The notes under the pieces: generated by a model | Database searches by the model: none | Seen by the model: the letters and a program-made list of their open reading frames with translations, nothing else | Told to the model about the DNA's origin: nothing | Assembly (NCBI GenBank): GCA_964252035.1 | Contig: OZ176211.1 | From: Podarcis erhardii | Taxonomy: Eukaryota | DNA length: 64,000 nt | Direction: 5' to 3' (one strand) | Translations under genes and position numbers: made by a program | Shown: positions 1 through 12,215 of the stretch, in pieces | Layout: each line of letters starts with the position of its first letter | How positions within the stretch are numbered: the stretch's first letter is position 1

Positions 1-631
1 CCCACAACACTGGGTCCTCCACACTCTTACCTGGGCTTGCACGCCTTCCTTGCACGCCTTCCTTGCACCCATCCACGGTGAACGGATCTCCCCTCTAAAA
101 GTTCCTGGGGATGGGGATGTCCAACTACAACCCCCCAGAATTTGGCGCCAGGGTGCCCTGCACCCCTTGAACCCCCGAGTAAAGACGTTGCTAGTGACAC
201 CTGCCCTGTGGAATGCCTCCCCATCAGATGTCAAACAGAGCAACAGCTATTTGACTTTTAGAAGACATCTGAAGGCTTTCAGGGAAGCTTCCAATGGCTG
301 GGTGTTTTATTGCGTTTAAAATATCTGTCTTGTTGAGAGCCACCCAGAGTGGCTGGGGCAACCCAGTCAGATGGGTGACATGTAAATAATAGAATTATTA
401 TTATTACTATTATTAGGAAGGATTTGTCTCCTGTTCTTGGGGCCAACTGATTACCATATTCAAAATTTGGAAGGCACTGTTTTTTGACCCACTTCAACTT
501 CCCGATCCCACTGCCAGCCCCCAGGAAGATCCAATCTAGAATGCTGCTTCAATCTATTATTTGCCTGTGTTGGGCACACTCTATTCACTGCTCCACCATA
601 GCTAAGATTTTAGAGGTTTCCTTATAATCAA

Positions 632-634
<3 letters not shown>

Positions 635-672
<38 letters not shown>
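635..672. repeat. (GT)n microsatellite (another at ~8728-8762)
   Basis: Read directly from the sequence. Confidence 0.97.
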
Positions 673-676
<4 letters not shown>

Positions 677-1380
677 AAAATAAATAAATGAAACCAGATA
701 ATGCGTAGCATGGATATAAACTGGAATGCTGAGAATACAAGTCACACAGTTATATGCATTTTAAAGGTTATTTCTAAAATTAGACAAATTATTCTGCAAA
801 ATGCACTATATTGCAGTAAGTAACTCATTAGCGGCTTACTGCTGCACACATCCAAAGGCTGCTTCGTGGCATCACTGCGCGGGAAACACAAAACGCCGCA
901 AATTCAGAGCAAAACGCCAGCCCACAGTGTGTGCTGCTGTTTTCGCCTTCCACTCTTTTGGTGGGGGTTAAAAATTGGAGCCATTATTCATGGATATAGA
1001 AAGGTTTCAGGCGTGTGTTCAAGCATATGCAACGAGTTCCACGACTGCATCTTTCCTGATTTCCTGGGGATAAGCTAAACCTTTAGGGCATACAAGCACA
1101 GACTTAGAAAAACTAAAGCAATTCATGAAAGAGATGCCTATATAAACATATGCCACAGCACTCAATTCTGAAAAGAGGCCAAGGTAAATTTTGTAGAAAC
1201 ATTGGACGGTGATTTCTCTCTCCATTAGTTCTCCCTCTCTTTGCCCTTCTGTGGCAATATAAATGGACACCTTTTTCCAGCGTGGCGCTCGTGACCTCCA
1301 TTCTGCTTCCTTCTGACCCCCTTATTCTCTTCAGATGGTTTTAATTGCTGGAGGCCAGCATGTGGGCCTCTAATACGTAC

Positions 1381-1512
1381 TTCAAAGGCTTCTCTCCATT
1401 TCTTCTGCTGGATGTAGATTACTGCCAGATCAGTCTGCTGCCGGAAAAACGCCTTCTGCTTCTCATCTAACAAGCCAATTTGATATAACAATTCTGCATA
1501 GCCACCAAACAT
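1381..1512 (-). CDS. CPVL: CPVL coding exon 8 (MFGGYAELLYQIGLLDEKQKAFFRQQTDLAVIYIQQKKWREAFE)
   Basis: 132 nt, AG/GT flanks; matches CPVL GGYAEFLYQIGLLDEKQK. No further CPVL exon was recognised in 1-1380, so the gene continues beyond the left edge. Confidence 0.94.
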
Positions 1513-1904
1513 CTGCAAAGGGAATCAAGAAATTCAGCGATATTAGTCTAGATTATTCTAATCTTCTAGAATGCCCGTTTTTAAAAAAAAGGCAGTGCAT
1601 TAGCAGATTTATTTATTTTTTTAAAGCATGCTTCCAAATTTTAAATAGTTTGCCAAGGCTGCAATAAAACTTTGGTGGCATTTATAAGCAGTCTAGTTCC
1701 CTGCAGGATCGCAGCTAATTTGCTCTTGAGAAACATGTGGTAAACTAATTAAAGTTTTACTGAAATTAGAAAGTTACATGGAACAATACTCCTTTTTCCC
1801 TTTCTTCCGTTATCCTTTCCCCACAATTTGAGAATCACAATCCACTGCTGGTTTAAAAAATAATATTTTTTTTTTTAATTAAACACAATATGGAGAAATC
1901 TTAC

Positions 1905-2027
1905 CAATTCAGGGTCACAGAGACCATCTCCAATGGCAACACCCTTAAAGTTGATCTTTATCTTTGCTGTAGGATTACGGGTGTGGATATAATAGCCGAT
2001 GGCAGGCACATACTTCCCTGCATAGGA
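1905..2027 (-). CDS. CPVL: CPVL coding exon 7 (SYAGKYVPAIGYYIHTRNPTAKIKINFKGVAIGDGLCDPEL), catalytic Ser
   Basis: 123 nt, AG/GTAAGA flanks; SYAG completes the nucleophile motif GESYAG; GVAIGDG motif. Confidence 0.96.
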
Positions 2028-2084
2028 CTAGTGATATTGAAGAATACAGTCAAACAAAAAGGTAGTGTGAATAGCTTTCATGCA

Positions 2085-2630
2085 TTTTTAAAAATTCTGT
2101 TTATTGATATAAACGCATAGAAAATACATCAAAAGTGATAGGTGTAGTCAATACAAATTGCATGCAGAAATAGAAAAAATAAAATGAAAATACAATGGGG
2201 AAGAAAACCTGAAAGCTGAGAATACAATAATGCATTCAACTATCATATATTTTGAAAAGGGTGTGTGTGAGAGTCAATTCAGTTCTCCATAAAGTGTCTC
2301 CACACTTTCATCTGGGGTTTAGTGGGCTGTTCAGCTGCTTTTACGTTAGGATAAGATCTTATACCATATGAAATAAAAAGATCTATTTTTAATGAACTGT
2401 TAAGGACTCTCCATACATGTGTCAGATGTTCTGACAGTGCAATGTCCCATACTTTTGATAGGCACTCCGATTGTGAAGGAGATGATTGGGACTTCCAATG
2501 GGAGGCCACTAACAATCTGGCTGCAGCGAAAAGCATAAACACAAGAGGTTTGTGCATGCAGGCAAGTTGGTATCGTGCTCCAAGGATAAATGCTTTTATG
2601 CAGTATGATTGCATCTAAAATATTTGATTT
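2085..2630 (-). mobile_element. Old degenerate L1 3' fragment
   Basis: ORF 2279..2614 FMLFAAARLLVASHWKSQSSPSQSECLSKV resembles L1 FMYATTAARILLAKYWKTKELPTLEEWQTKV seen in this window; minus-strand AATAAA at 2105-2100. Confidence 0.7.
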
Positions 2631-3893
2631 GCACCTACTAGTTTTCTTTATTAAGGCTGTAAGTAATCAAGAGAATTTGTGCTCTTAAGCTCATAGAAGG
2701 AGCACATAGAGGAAAGGGATAAGAACAGAAACTTTCAACCAACTCAGCGAAAATGAAGACATGGGGAACAAGGGGCAACAGATGGGGAAGGGCTTAATCC
2801 ATGGATCTATTAGCGCTTCTGCATATTGGTAACCCAGTCCAAACTGCAGATATCAGGTGCACTGCAGAAGATATGGTAACATATAACTTAATGCAAGATA
2901 AGCATATACAAAGGAGCATATACTAATACTCTCAGCCTCTTTAGGCATTCAGGCCTTTTGTCTCAATTTCTGCCAATGAAGAGCTGACCTTTTACCCTTC
3001 ACAAGGCTGCACAGCAACTGTTTGTTTCAAGCCTCTTCCATCTTTCCTTTCTTAGGAGGCTTTTTATGATGTGAAACCATGAAGGTGATCCCTGGTCTCC
3101 ACAGGCAAAAGGCACAATGAAATCAGACTCTTTTCTCCCACCCCCACACTGCAGATTTCTTTCCTAGACAAGTATCTCTGTTAGCAAAAAATTAAAGAAG
3201 CTTTCTTTGCCAGAAAAATCAAGATGGGATCTACATCTTCAGAGACAAAGGAGACTCGTAGAACAAAGCTGTAATGAAAGCAGTATCTCTTGCCTAGAAT
3301 GTCACACGTGTTAGCAGTTAGTATCAAAGAAAGAGTGGCTCTGCTTAAGTTGTTAGAGGCAGTGAGCAACAGATAGCTTTTAGTTAAAATACCAAAGAGG
3401 TTCCCTTCTCTCTCTTGGGGGGAGGATAGGTTTTGAAATCAATTTCAGTACCAAAGCAAGGATCAATGGGAAAAGCTCCTCTAGAAATACCTAAGCTCTT
3501 AATTTTTAAAAGAAACACTGCCAGACTAAATGCTGAGGCCAAAGTTAACTACCAGAAAATGTACTTTTGGGCTGGGAAAGGGAATCGCTAGGTAACAACA
3601 CATTTTTTAATCTGGAAGGGACTGTTCTGGTCCTTTCTGCTCCCCCTGCTGGCTGTTTTATAGATATTATTTTTCATTATTTTACTAATTATAAAACATA
3701 CTGTTGTTCACAGTACGTTGATAGATGTGCCTGTAACTAGGAAATGTAATTTAAAATTAAATCCAACTGGGTGGGGGGGGAACAGGTGCACCTTTGCTTT
3801 AGGATAATCCACAAAAAGTTCCTTAATTTCTCTTCGACGATCTTCATGTTCACAAGTTACACAGTTCAAGAATTAAAAGTTATCTGAACTTAC

Positions 3894-3960
3894 TTCTCCT
3901 GTTGCGTAGAAGTCATTTTTCTGATAATCAGGAAAGAGCTGGAAAAACTGGATGAGGGCA
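3894..3960 (-). CDS. CPVL: CPVL coding exon 6 (SALIQFFQLFPDYQKNDFYATGE)
   Basis: 67 nt, AG/GTAAGT flanks; ends in the GE of GESYAG. Confidence 0.96.
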
Positions 3961-4944
3961 CTGAAATAACAGACGAAGTACAGGTAAAAATATCTGCACT
4001 AAGAAAGGTTGTAGTCAAATATCATAGTAGTGATGAAAATGAAAGCTTGCTAACTTATTCGGCAGCTGCACCTCAACAGAAGCAGGCTGACATTCACTCG
4101 TGAAAATATGGTCACAGGCAAGTGTGACATTATCCTTCAGCCACAAAATACATTTTGTCTCATAAACTGAACTACAGCGAAGTGCCACAGCATTAATCTC
4201 ATCCCAACATACACAATCTATTTCACAGTTACAGATAGGTAGCCGTGTTGGTCTGCCATAGTCAAAACAAAACAAATTCCTTCCAGTAGCAGTCCTTCCA
4301 GTAGGTATTCCTTCCAGTAGGTATCTGAAGAAGTGTGCATGCACACGAAAGCTCATACCAAGAACTGACTTAGTTGGTCTTTAAGGTGCTACTGGAAGGA
4401 ATTTGTTTTGTTTTAATCTATTTCACAGTAATATTAATTGACAAATATGCAGAAGCCTCAGCACACTTTTTAAAATTCTCCTTGCAGCTACAGTGCTTAA
4501 ACAGAGACATTTTCTGCTGCAATATGTACAAGTTCTTGGGGAGGAGACAAGCAGGAAGACACGTGACATCATTTCTGCTTGGGCCATGAAACTCCAATTT
4601 TCCACATTGAAGGAAGCCACAGTCTGCATTTCTGCCATCTCTGTTACCAAGCATCATTCTTATTCAGAGTGAACTCACCTTTCCCACACAGCCATCTAGA
4701 CTTTAAGGAGAGGAGAGGGATGCATTAAAAAAAATGGGGAATCTATAAAGAGGCAGATGAAATCAGACAGATGTATTGATTGATGTCTCCCAAGAATGAA
4801 GGAAAACTGCACCTATATTACTTAACAAAACCACTGTCTGGAAAGGGATGTTTAAAAGCTTTCTACTGTGCTACTGTCTGCATCTGAAAACATGCACACA
4901 ACGTTCTGTTAAGTCCGGATGCCAAGGCCAATATCCAACTAAAT

Positions 4945-5269
4945 TATGGGTAGGCAAACTAAGGCTCGGGGGCCGGATCCGGCCCAATCACCATCTAAAT
5001 CCGGCCCACAGACGGTCTGGGAATCAACATGTTTTTACATGAGTAGAATGTGCCCTTTTATTTAAATTGCATCTCTGGGTTATTTGTGGGGCCTGCCTGT
5101 TGTTTTTACCTGAGTAGAATGTGTGCTTTTATTTAAAATGCATCTCTAGGTTATTTCTGGGGCATAGGAATTCGTTCATTTCCCCCCCCCCAACAAAAAA
5201 TAGTCTGGCCCCCATAAAGTCTGAGGGACAGTGGACCAGCCCTCTGCTGAAAAAGTTTGCTGACCCCAG
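4945..5269. mobile_element. hAT (Charlie-like) MITE
   Basis: TIRs atgggtaggcaaact / agtttgctgacccca; 8-bp TSD aactaaat at 4937-4944 and 5270-5277. Confidence 0.88.
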
Positions 5270-5608
5270 AACTAAATCATAAGAGAAGACCCACTGAAAT
5301 CAATGGACTGATGTTACGGTAATTAAGTCCATCAATTTCCAAGGCCTACAACATGGATCAGCTCCATGTTGGGCAAAAGATTCCTGGACTTGATGACTTA
5401 TGTGATCCCTTCCAACTCTACAATTCTACAAGTCTATGATCTCACCCAATGAATACATAATCATTTCCTTAAAATGAGAAGGGGATAAAGAACATTTTAC
5501 TATATAAATATTTCAAAAGCTCTCCAGAAGGTGTCAGCAAGCGCTGACTTTTCTGGTGCATTTCAAAAGCTTAGCAGAAGAAAATGCAACTTGTATCGAG
5601 TGATTTAC

Positions 5609-5688
5609 CTATACAAATCTCTTCCTACATCATCTTCATTCACCGCATAACCTGCGTCATCATCTGTGAAACTGAAGCCAGTTCCAAC
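5609..5688 (-). CDS. CPVL: CPVL coding exon 5 (VGTGFSFTDDDAGYAVNEDDVGRDLYS)
   Basis: 80 nt, AG/GT flanks, VGTGFSF motif, phase 2. Confidence 0.96.
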
Positions 5689-6332
5689 CTGATAGCAAAA
5701 GAGAATATAAAATATATGTGGAACAATTATCTTCCAGTTCTTCGCTGCTGTTTTTGACATCAAGCAAAATGATATTCTGTTAGGTATATGGTTTCTCCTA
5801 CAGTTGCAAATGGAGTTAAAAAACCTGTTTTTGCAATTAGTCCATTAGAAGATCTGGATTCCTCCAGACACGGTATATTGTGGGTCATGACTAGTTTGGA
5901 CCTGAGCCCACCACATAGTTAGCAGAGAGCCAGCACAGACCTAGTTCCAGATCTGAAGGGACCCCTCCTTCACTGGTAGAGCTCCACATTGCAGGGCACT
6001 GGAAATAATAATAAAAATGTCTGCTGAGAGGCAGCCCCAGGCACCTAGCATGGTGGGTCCATAGGGTCCACATCAGTGGTTAGCCCTGGCAACTGCCCAA
6101 AGATTTTGTCTAGCCATGTTTCCCCTACATGAGATCCTTCTTAAATGCCATACCACGTTGAGGAAAAAAGGGCTGTTGACAAAGTGACTATCCTTACATG
6201 TAACAGATAAAATTATGATGTTTTGAGATGCAAGAACATAAGGGTTAAGGCAATTGTTGCTGTCAAGTAAACTTTTTTATTCAATGGACACATTTAGATA
6301 CGCAACATGAAGCTTATCCGTTGTTCACTTAC

Positions 6333-6391
6333 CGGATTGTCAATGTAGAGCATGGAAAACTTGGAGGTCCAAGGAAATTTTCGTTCAGACA
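6333..6391 (-). CDS. CPVL: CPVL coding exon 4 (LSERKFPWTSKFSMLYIDNP)
   Basis: 59 nt, AG/GTAAGT flanks; MLYIDNP motif of S10 carboxypeptidases. Confidence 0.96.
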
Positions 6392-7410
6392 CTATCAACA
6401 TGGAAGAAAATGAGAGTCGAGTGTCTACAGCTTGAATCATTAGCATCAGTCCAAAAAGGAAGCAGGATGAAGAGTGTCATCATAACTGTATCTACTCAGC
6501 AGGCATGTCCTACTGAACTTAGTAGGGCTTGCTCCCATGTAGATTGTAGGCTAACATGCCAAAGTCACCTAGTAAGTCAATAATCAAGGTGTGCTTGAAC
6601 TATCGGGTCCACTATTCAACATTTTGAGACCACAGAAGAAAACTATGCAGCCTTTCACAAGCTTACAGTATATAGCATTAAGTTGCCAACTGCTATATCA
6701 TTATATGCTATTACTTTTTTCATCCCATTAAGGTATATGGCTGCTGTGATTAAGGTATATATTAAAAATGGATTTATCGGGCCAGACTTTGTCACTGATA
6801 TTATCTCGGTGCACGTTACTGTAGTGAATTCATCTTTTGCTCATTTTATATCACAAGATGCAGCAATGTTGAACAACATGAGAAGGCTGCATTGTTAACA
6901 TGCTGGATGGATTCAATATTTCAATGTTTACAGTAATGTTATTATTTGTTTTAGGCTATTAAACATAGCATTGGCTATTTTACAATATTTTCATATAGTT
7001 CTGCATTTCCTACCAAGACAGAAAAACAAAAAACTAAACCCAAGTACTTCAGATAGATGTTAGCACCTAGTGTAATTGTAAAAAGCATCGCATATCACTT
7101 GCAGTGAGAATTTTAAAGGTATTTTTTTAACCAAGTATGATCAGTCACATACCAGGTTGGAGAATGGTGTGATGAAAACATTTCCAAAATCTAAATGCCA
7201 TTTATTTTTGATGGATTAAAACATGTTTAGGCTGCTTTATAGTTTATTGGTGGATTATTTGAATTATTTTTCTGTATCCTATTTTATATTGCAAGCTATC
7301 CTTGAGAATGCTTTAGCCCTAAGTTGATGTAAAAATATTATAAATAAAATTATGGCATTATGCAGCCAAATGCTAGCTTCACACTCCACAGACTTAGGAT
7401 TGTACTGTAA

Positions 7411-7514
7411 CTGGATAGCTCAGTCAGTACAGCATGAGACTTTTAGGGTTGTGGGTTCAAGCCCCATGCAGGGCAAAAGATTCCTGCATTGGGTCCTTCC
7501 AACTCTATGATTCT
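7411..7514 (+). mobile_element. tRNA-Lys-derived SINE with CR1-like tail (related copies: ~5365-5440, 29438-29580 minus, 50805-50946)
   Basis: Head tagctcagtcagtacagcatgagac...gggttgtgggttcaagcccc resembles tRNA-Lys(CUU); tail ccttccaactctatgattct resembles a CR1 3' end. Too degenerate to be a functional tRNA. Confidence 0.75.
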
Positions 7515-8313
7515 GTGAATGGTAAGACTGGGAAACTCTCTCAGTTTATTTATCCATTTTCCTCTCAGCACTTTTTGGGAAAAGTGCACATTCTCCTTTA
7601 ACATGGATGTCACCTTAGGAACAAAAATTATTTATTAGAACATATTTCTATATTATTTTAAGTCTGTGAACTAATATTATAACAACCCGTAACCTGCCAC
7701 TGATAATATAGGATGTGGGAAAATGGTTGTTTGCACATAAGAGCATGGGCGAAAGTTTATTATTGCAAGGTGATTTCATAGCAAAAGGCATTGCTTGGAG
7801 CATGATCAACGCGCGGACAGCTCATGCTGTCCTGATGATTGGTCCACGTAGCATAGCCTGATCAACTACGTGGGCCTGGTGTGATGGTATGGCATTTGTC
7901 CTTATCTGCCAGCTGAGGGAAAAGTTGCTTCTTGGTTTTTGTATCTTTTCTTCTGCACACAATAAATGTTTGACTGCAGCAGCTCTGGGGGCAGTCAGAT
8001 TTCTTCAACCCATCTTTGCGTGAGACTGATTATTACGGATGTCGAGCAGGTTCAAATGCATTATTAGTTTGAGGGGAGGGGAAATATTTCTTTTTTTTAA
8101 AAAAAAAAGGTACTTCTATTTCATGCCATTAATGATAAAATATTATTCTTTCCCAAACTGCTACAGCAAGACATGCTAATTTGCTCAGCAGGATAAAGAA
8201 TACAGATGCAAATTCCATACCCATAAGGAAAGAGGTTACATTTTTTATGTTAAAACTATAATGATATTAACATCTCGCTGGAAGCCTTCAACATAGAAAT
8301 AAACAACACTTGC

Positions 8314-8428
8314 ATGTGAGATTCTTGTTGACAACATACGGTCCGTGTTCCACAAAAATGCCAAACATAGAGGTTCCTCCAGGTCCACCTTGGAGCCAAA
8401 GTAGAATAGGGGCTTTTTCGGGTTGTAC
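8314..8428 (-). CDS. CPVL: CPVL coding exon 3 (VQPEKAPILLWLQGGPGGTSMFGIFVEHGPYVVNKNLT)
   Basis: 115 nt, WLQGGPG motif; AG acceptor at 8430-8429; donor is GCAAGT (non-canonical GC) at 8313-8308, needed for phase 1. Confidence 0.95.
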
Positions 8429-8541
8429 CTGCAGACCAGAAGGACAATAAAAACTGGAGCTGTTCCCACATAAATTTACAGAAAGCATGAATTATTTCGG
8501 TAGACTGTGAGAAATAAATGCCAACACTTTCTTTATAAGTA

Positions 8542-8725
8542 CCGTATTTTTCCGTGTATAAGACGCCTCCACGTATAAGACGACTCCTATTTTTTGTGCC
8601 CAAAATTAAGAAATTAATATTTTAAACACTAAACACAACAACTCTGATATTTGACTAAATATTCAAAACACTGATATATTTAGTACTGTATATATAAACA
8701 TCAAACAGAACAACTTTACTGATAT

Positions 8726-8765
<40 letters not shown>

Positions 8766-9088
8766 CAGGGAGGCAGTGGAAGACAGGAGTGCCTGGCGTG
8801 CTCTGGTCCATGGAGTCACAAAGAGTCGGACACGACTAAACGACTAAACAACAATATATATATATAGCCAATAGTGAGGGGAGGCTGGGGGGAAAGAACA
8901 TGGATTGCGGCATGTATTTATTTATATATTGAATTGTGTATTGCTTTGTAACGATTTGTTGGGTCTCTGGACTGTAATAAAGATTGTTGTTGTTGTATAT
9001 TTAATTGCAACATTATGTGTATAAGACGACCCCCAATTTTAAACTTAAATTTGGGGGAAAATATCGTCTTATACACAGAAAAATACAG
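8542..9088. mobile_element. Tc1/mariner (Tc2-like) MITE containing (TG)n and a BovB tail
   Basis: TIRs ccgtatttttccgtgtataagacg / cgtcttatacacagaaaaatacag, with TA on both sides. Confidence 0.85.
8767..8853 (+). mobile_element. BovB 3'-end fragment nested in a Tc2-like MITE (another at ~44216-44289, minus)
   Basis: gggaggcagtggaagacaggagtgcctggcgtgctctggtccatgg...gagtcggacacgactaaacgactaaacaacaa. Confidence 0.88.
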
Positions 9089-9830
9089 TAGCTAATTTTA
9101 TAACTAACACAAGACCTTTCCACATGCTCTGAGTGACCACGTGCTTGGTAAGCCATGTCTCTACTGTCCTAGTATCTTGTATGCACAGTGAAAATAAATT
9201 TTCAGACTTTAAACAGAGGGAGTAGAGGAAAGTAAATGGGATCAACATATGCACACAGGCCTCGTTTTCACATAGAATTAAGCCAAACCATGGTGAAGCA
9301 AGAAAGAGCAAGCTTCTGTGTCTCCAGAAGGAAAAATGCTACCATTTCAGTCCTCCCTCACTCCTCCTAATGCCATGCTACCCAGAGCTAAGCCATAGTT
9401 TGGCTCAGTGTTATGTGTGAATCTGCACCCGTGGTCTGTTTCCCCCAGGGAAACCATGAATGGTAAGTCACGAACAAAGGTTGGCTATGGTTTGTTTGGA
9501 CTGAGACAATACGAAGCCAAACAATGGCTTTGATCTGGGTAGCATGGCAGCAACAGGTCCAGGTAAGGAGCAAAATGGCCATGATTTTCCTTCTGGGTAC
9601 CCGAAAGCTTGCCGATTCCCACTGTGTCATAGTGAGCAGGGCCACAATATAATTATATGGGGTTGGACTGTACAGAACAAAAGATGGAGGAAACCCCAAC
9701 ATGGGATGGCCCGCCCGCCATAAAAGAGAAAGAGCGAGATACAACTCCCCACTCACAGAAATTCAGCATGACAGGGTAAAGACTTAGAGCAATCACTGAA
9801 TTATTCTTGCACTCTGTGTGAACATCTGTA

Positions 9831-10187
9831 CAGTGGTGCCCCACAAGACGAACGCCTCGCAAGACGGAAAACCCGCTAGACGAAAGGGTTTTCCGTTTTG
9901 GAGGCGCTTCGCAAAACGAATTTCCCTATGGGCTTGCTTCGCAAGACGAAAATGTCTTGCGAGTTCCTGCGGGGTTTTTTCCCTTCCCCCCCCCCTTTTC
10001 CTAAGCCCTAAGCCGCTTATCAGCTGATCCGCTGATAAGCCACTTATCAGCTGATCCGCTAAAAGCCGCTAAACCGCTAATAGCGCTAATCCGCTAAGCT
10101 GTCAATGGGCTTGCTTTGCAAGACGAAAAAACCGCTATACGAAGAGCCTCACGGAACGGATTAATTTCGTCTTGCGAGGCACCACTG
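9831..10187. mobile_element. Tigger/pogo-like MITE
   Basis: TIRs cagtggtgcc...caagacgaa / ttcgtcttg...ggcaccactg; TA TSD; internal tandem subrepeats (ccgcta). Confidence 0.85.
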
Positions 10188-11800
10188 TACATCTCTCATT
10201 TTGAAGACCAAGTAATGGAAGTTTAACCAGCTTGAAACTCTTCTGCTTCCTTCCCTTTTATCACAACACTCACTCTTTTCCGCAATATTATTTATTTATT
10301 AGAGTTGACAAATGAGATTGGCCAGCAAAATCGGTTGTGAAAAACCATTCAGGGTCTCCTCTAAATAAAACATTTACTGCTGCCAATTGTTTTCCCTCTC
10401 TGGCATAAGTTGTACAAGATGGAGTATGCTATTTATGTTGAGCCCAGGATTACAACAGAAGTATTAAACACAGAAACAAATCTGTTGCTCATAGCATCTG
10501 GGATTAATAATATTGCATTTCTAACAGAACAGTATATCCTTAAACTGAAGCAGTGTTGATATCCTTATGCAAAGCCTATTTTTCTTCTTCATCCAAGAGC
10601 ATTCAGAATTTGCATCCTGCTAAGAAACACTTTTTGGCATAATTCATGGCAAGTGAACCATAAATAAATTACATTCACACTTAAAAAATATAAAACTAAT
10701 GGGACTTATTGGCATAAACTTCTCAACCTTGTGTCAACTTAAGCAAGTTGTTTTGAGATTTCACAGTTTTATACTTCAAGCTCAAATCTCTTCAGAAAAA
10801 GCCACTAGGATGTTGTTTTAGGTCTTTGCCTGTAAAACATTCTGAAAACTCATCCACTGTTCTTTCTAAAGTGGTCTCAAATCCCACTCATTTTAGAGAC
10901 ATCTGGGCCAAATTGCCAACTCCTTTAAACATGTCAGTTCCCCCATCTCCTAAACAGAAAGTACTAAGAAAAAGTTGGAACCTTGAACACTTGCAGTATT
11001 TTGGCTGTCCTCATAAAAGTTATTGACCTAATATAGATTTCGGAATTCTTCTTATTGCTCACTTGTTTCTCTGGCAACCACCTGTGCAAAAAATATGTTT
11101 CAATCAACTCATTCCTTTCTGGAACCACATTATGCCAGTGTGAATTAATGGCACAAGGAATCAAGCAATGCAAATCTTCATGAGCAACAGGTTCTAAATT
11201 CAGCTCTTCACTTTATTCAGAGAGCTCTCTCAATTCTAACTAAGGACTCTTATATTATCTATTTCATTTAATTGCTTTTTGACCATTTACAAATAATTAA
11301 AACAACTCTCCTACATATTCTAATGAAAAATGAAAAGTTAGGTCATTAGTACTGGGAGCAAAGAGAGAGTCCAGAATTTGAAAGCTGACTTAAAAAAACA
11401 AGTCAGATAACTGCTAGAAAAACTGTGTCAAAGCGGGAAACATTTTGTTTCAAAAGGGAAAAGTCTAGGTTTGCCAATAATGGCAGTCAATTACAGAAAC
11501 TTTTCAAACCAAATGTGAATAGGATATTAGATCAGGGTTTGGTAGATTCCAGTTCCAATCTAGCATGGACTCACTGACCAATGTACTCTCCATCTCAATT
11601 TCATTTCACAGCATACATTTTGCCTATTGGTCCAAAATGTGCTCTGAACACTTTACTCCCACGTACGAAACATACAGCCACATAACTATAACTACAGTGG
11701 TATCTCAGGTTAAGCAGCGCATGGAAAACAATAATCTCTTGTGTTTGATCACAAGATGATGCACATAACTCACATTTGTAATTGGCTATATGTTCTGCCT

Positions 11801-11941
11801 TCTGCTTTCAAACTGCTAGGTTGGCAGGAGCAGGGACCAAGCAATGGGAGCTCACCCCGTTGCAGGGATTTGAACCGCCAACCTTCTGATTGGCAAGCCC
11901 AAGAGGCTTTGTGGTTTAGACCACAACGCCACCCGTGTCCC
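11801..11941 (-). mobile_element. Sauria-type SINE, 5' portion only
   Basis: Reverse complement of the SINE head through gcagtttgaaagca. Confidence 0.85.
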
Positions 11942-12096
11942 CATGTAGCCTGGTACTACATGCCAAACATTATTAACCTGTACTCATTTTGGGAAGCAGC
12001 AGAGCTAGCACAGATCTTGTCCAATATCTACGTTGTTGAAATGGAAGTTTCCTTTGAAAGCTTTAATACGGCAGCATATCAAAACAGCAGACCCAC

Positions 12097-12215
12097 CTGA
12101 GCAGGGAAGAACCAGAAGAAAAGATTACTGTTGTGAGTCTTGTTGACAGTCAGATAACCCGAATAGCTCTTCACATTGGGACCTGGAAGATGGCCTACCA
12201 GACTTAACTGCCTTC
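12097..12215 (-). CDS. CPVL: CPVL coding exon 2 (GRQLSLVGHLPGPNVKSYSGYLTVNKTHNSNLFFWFFPAQ)
   Basis: 119 nt, AG/GT flanks, frame continues from the previous exon; S10 peptidase SYSGYLTV and LFFWFF motifs. Confidence 0.96.

Noticed and set aside
7411-7480. tRNA-Lys-like sequence as a real tRNA gene (also 29438-29580 and 50805-50870)
   Set aside because: Anticodon arm deleted or mutated and followed by a CR1-like tail, so these are SINE heads.
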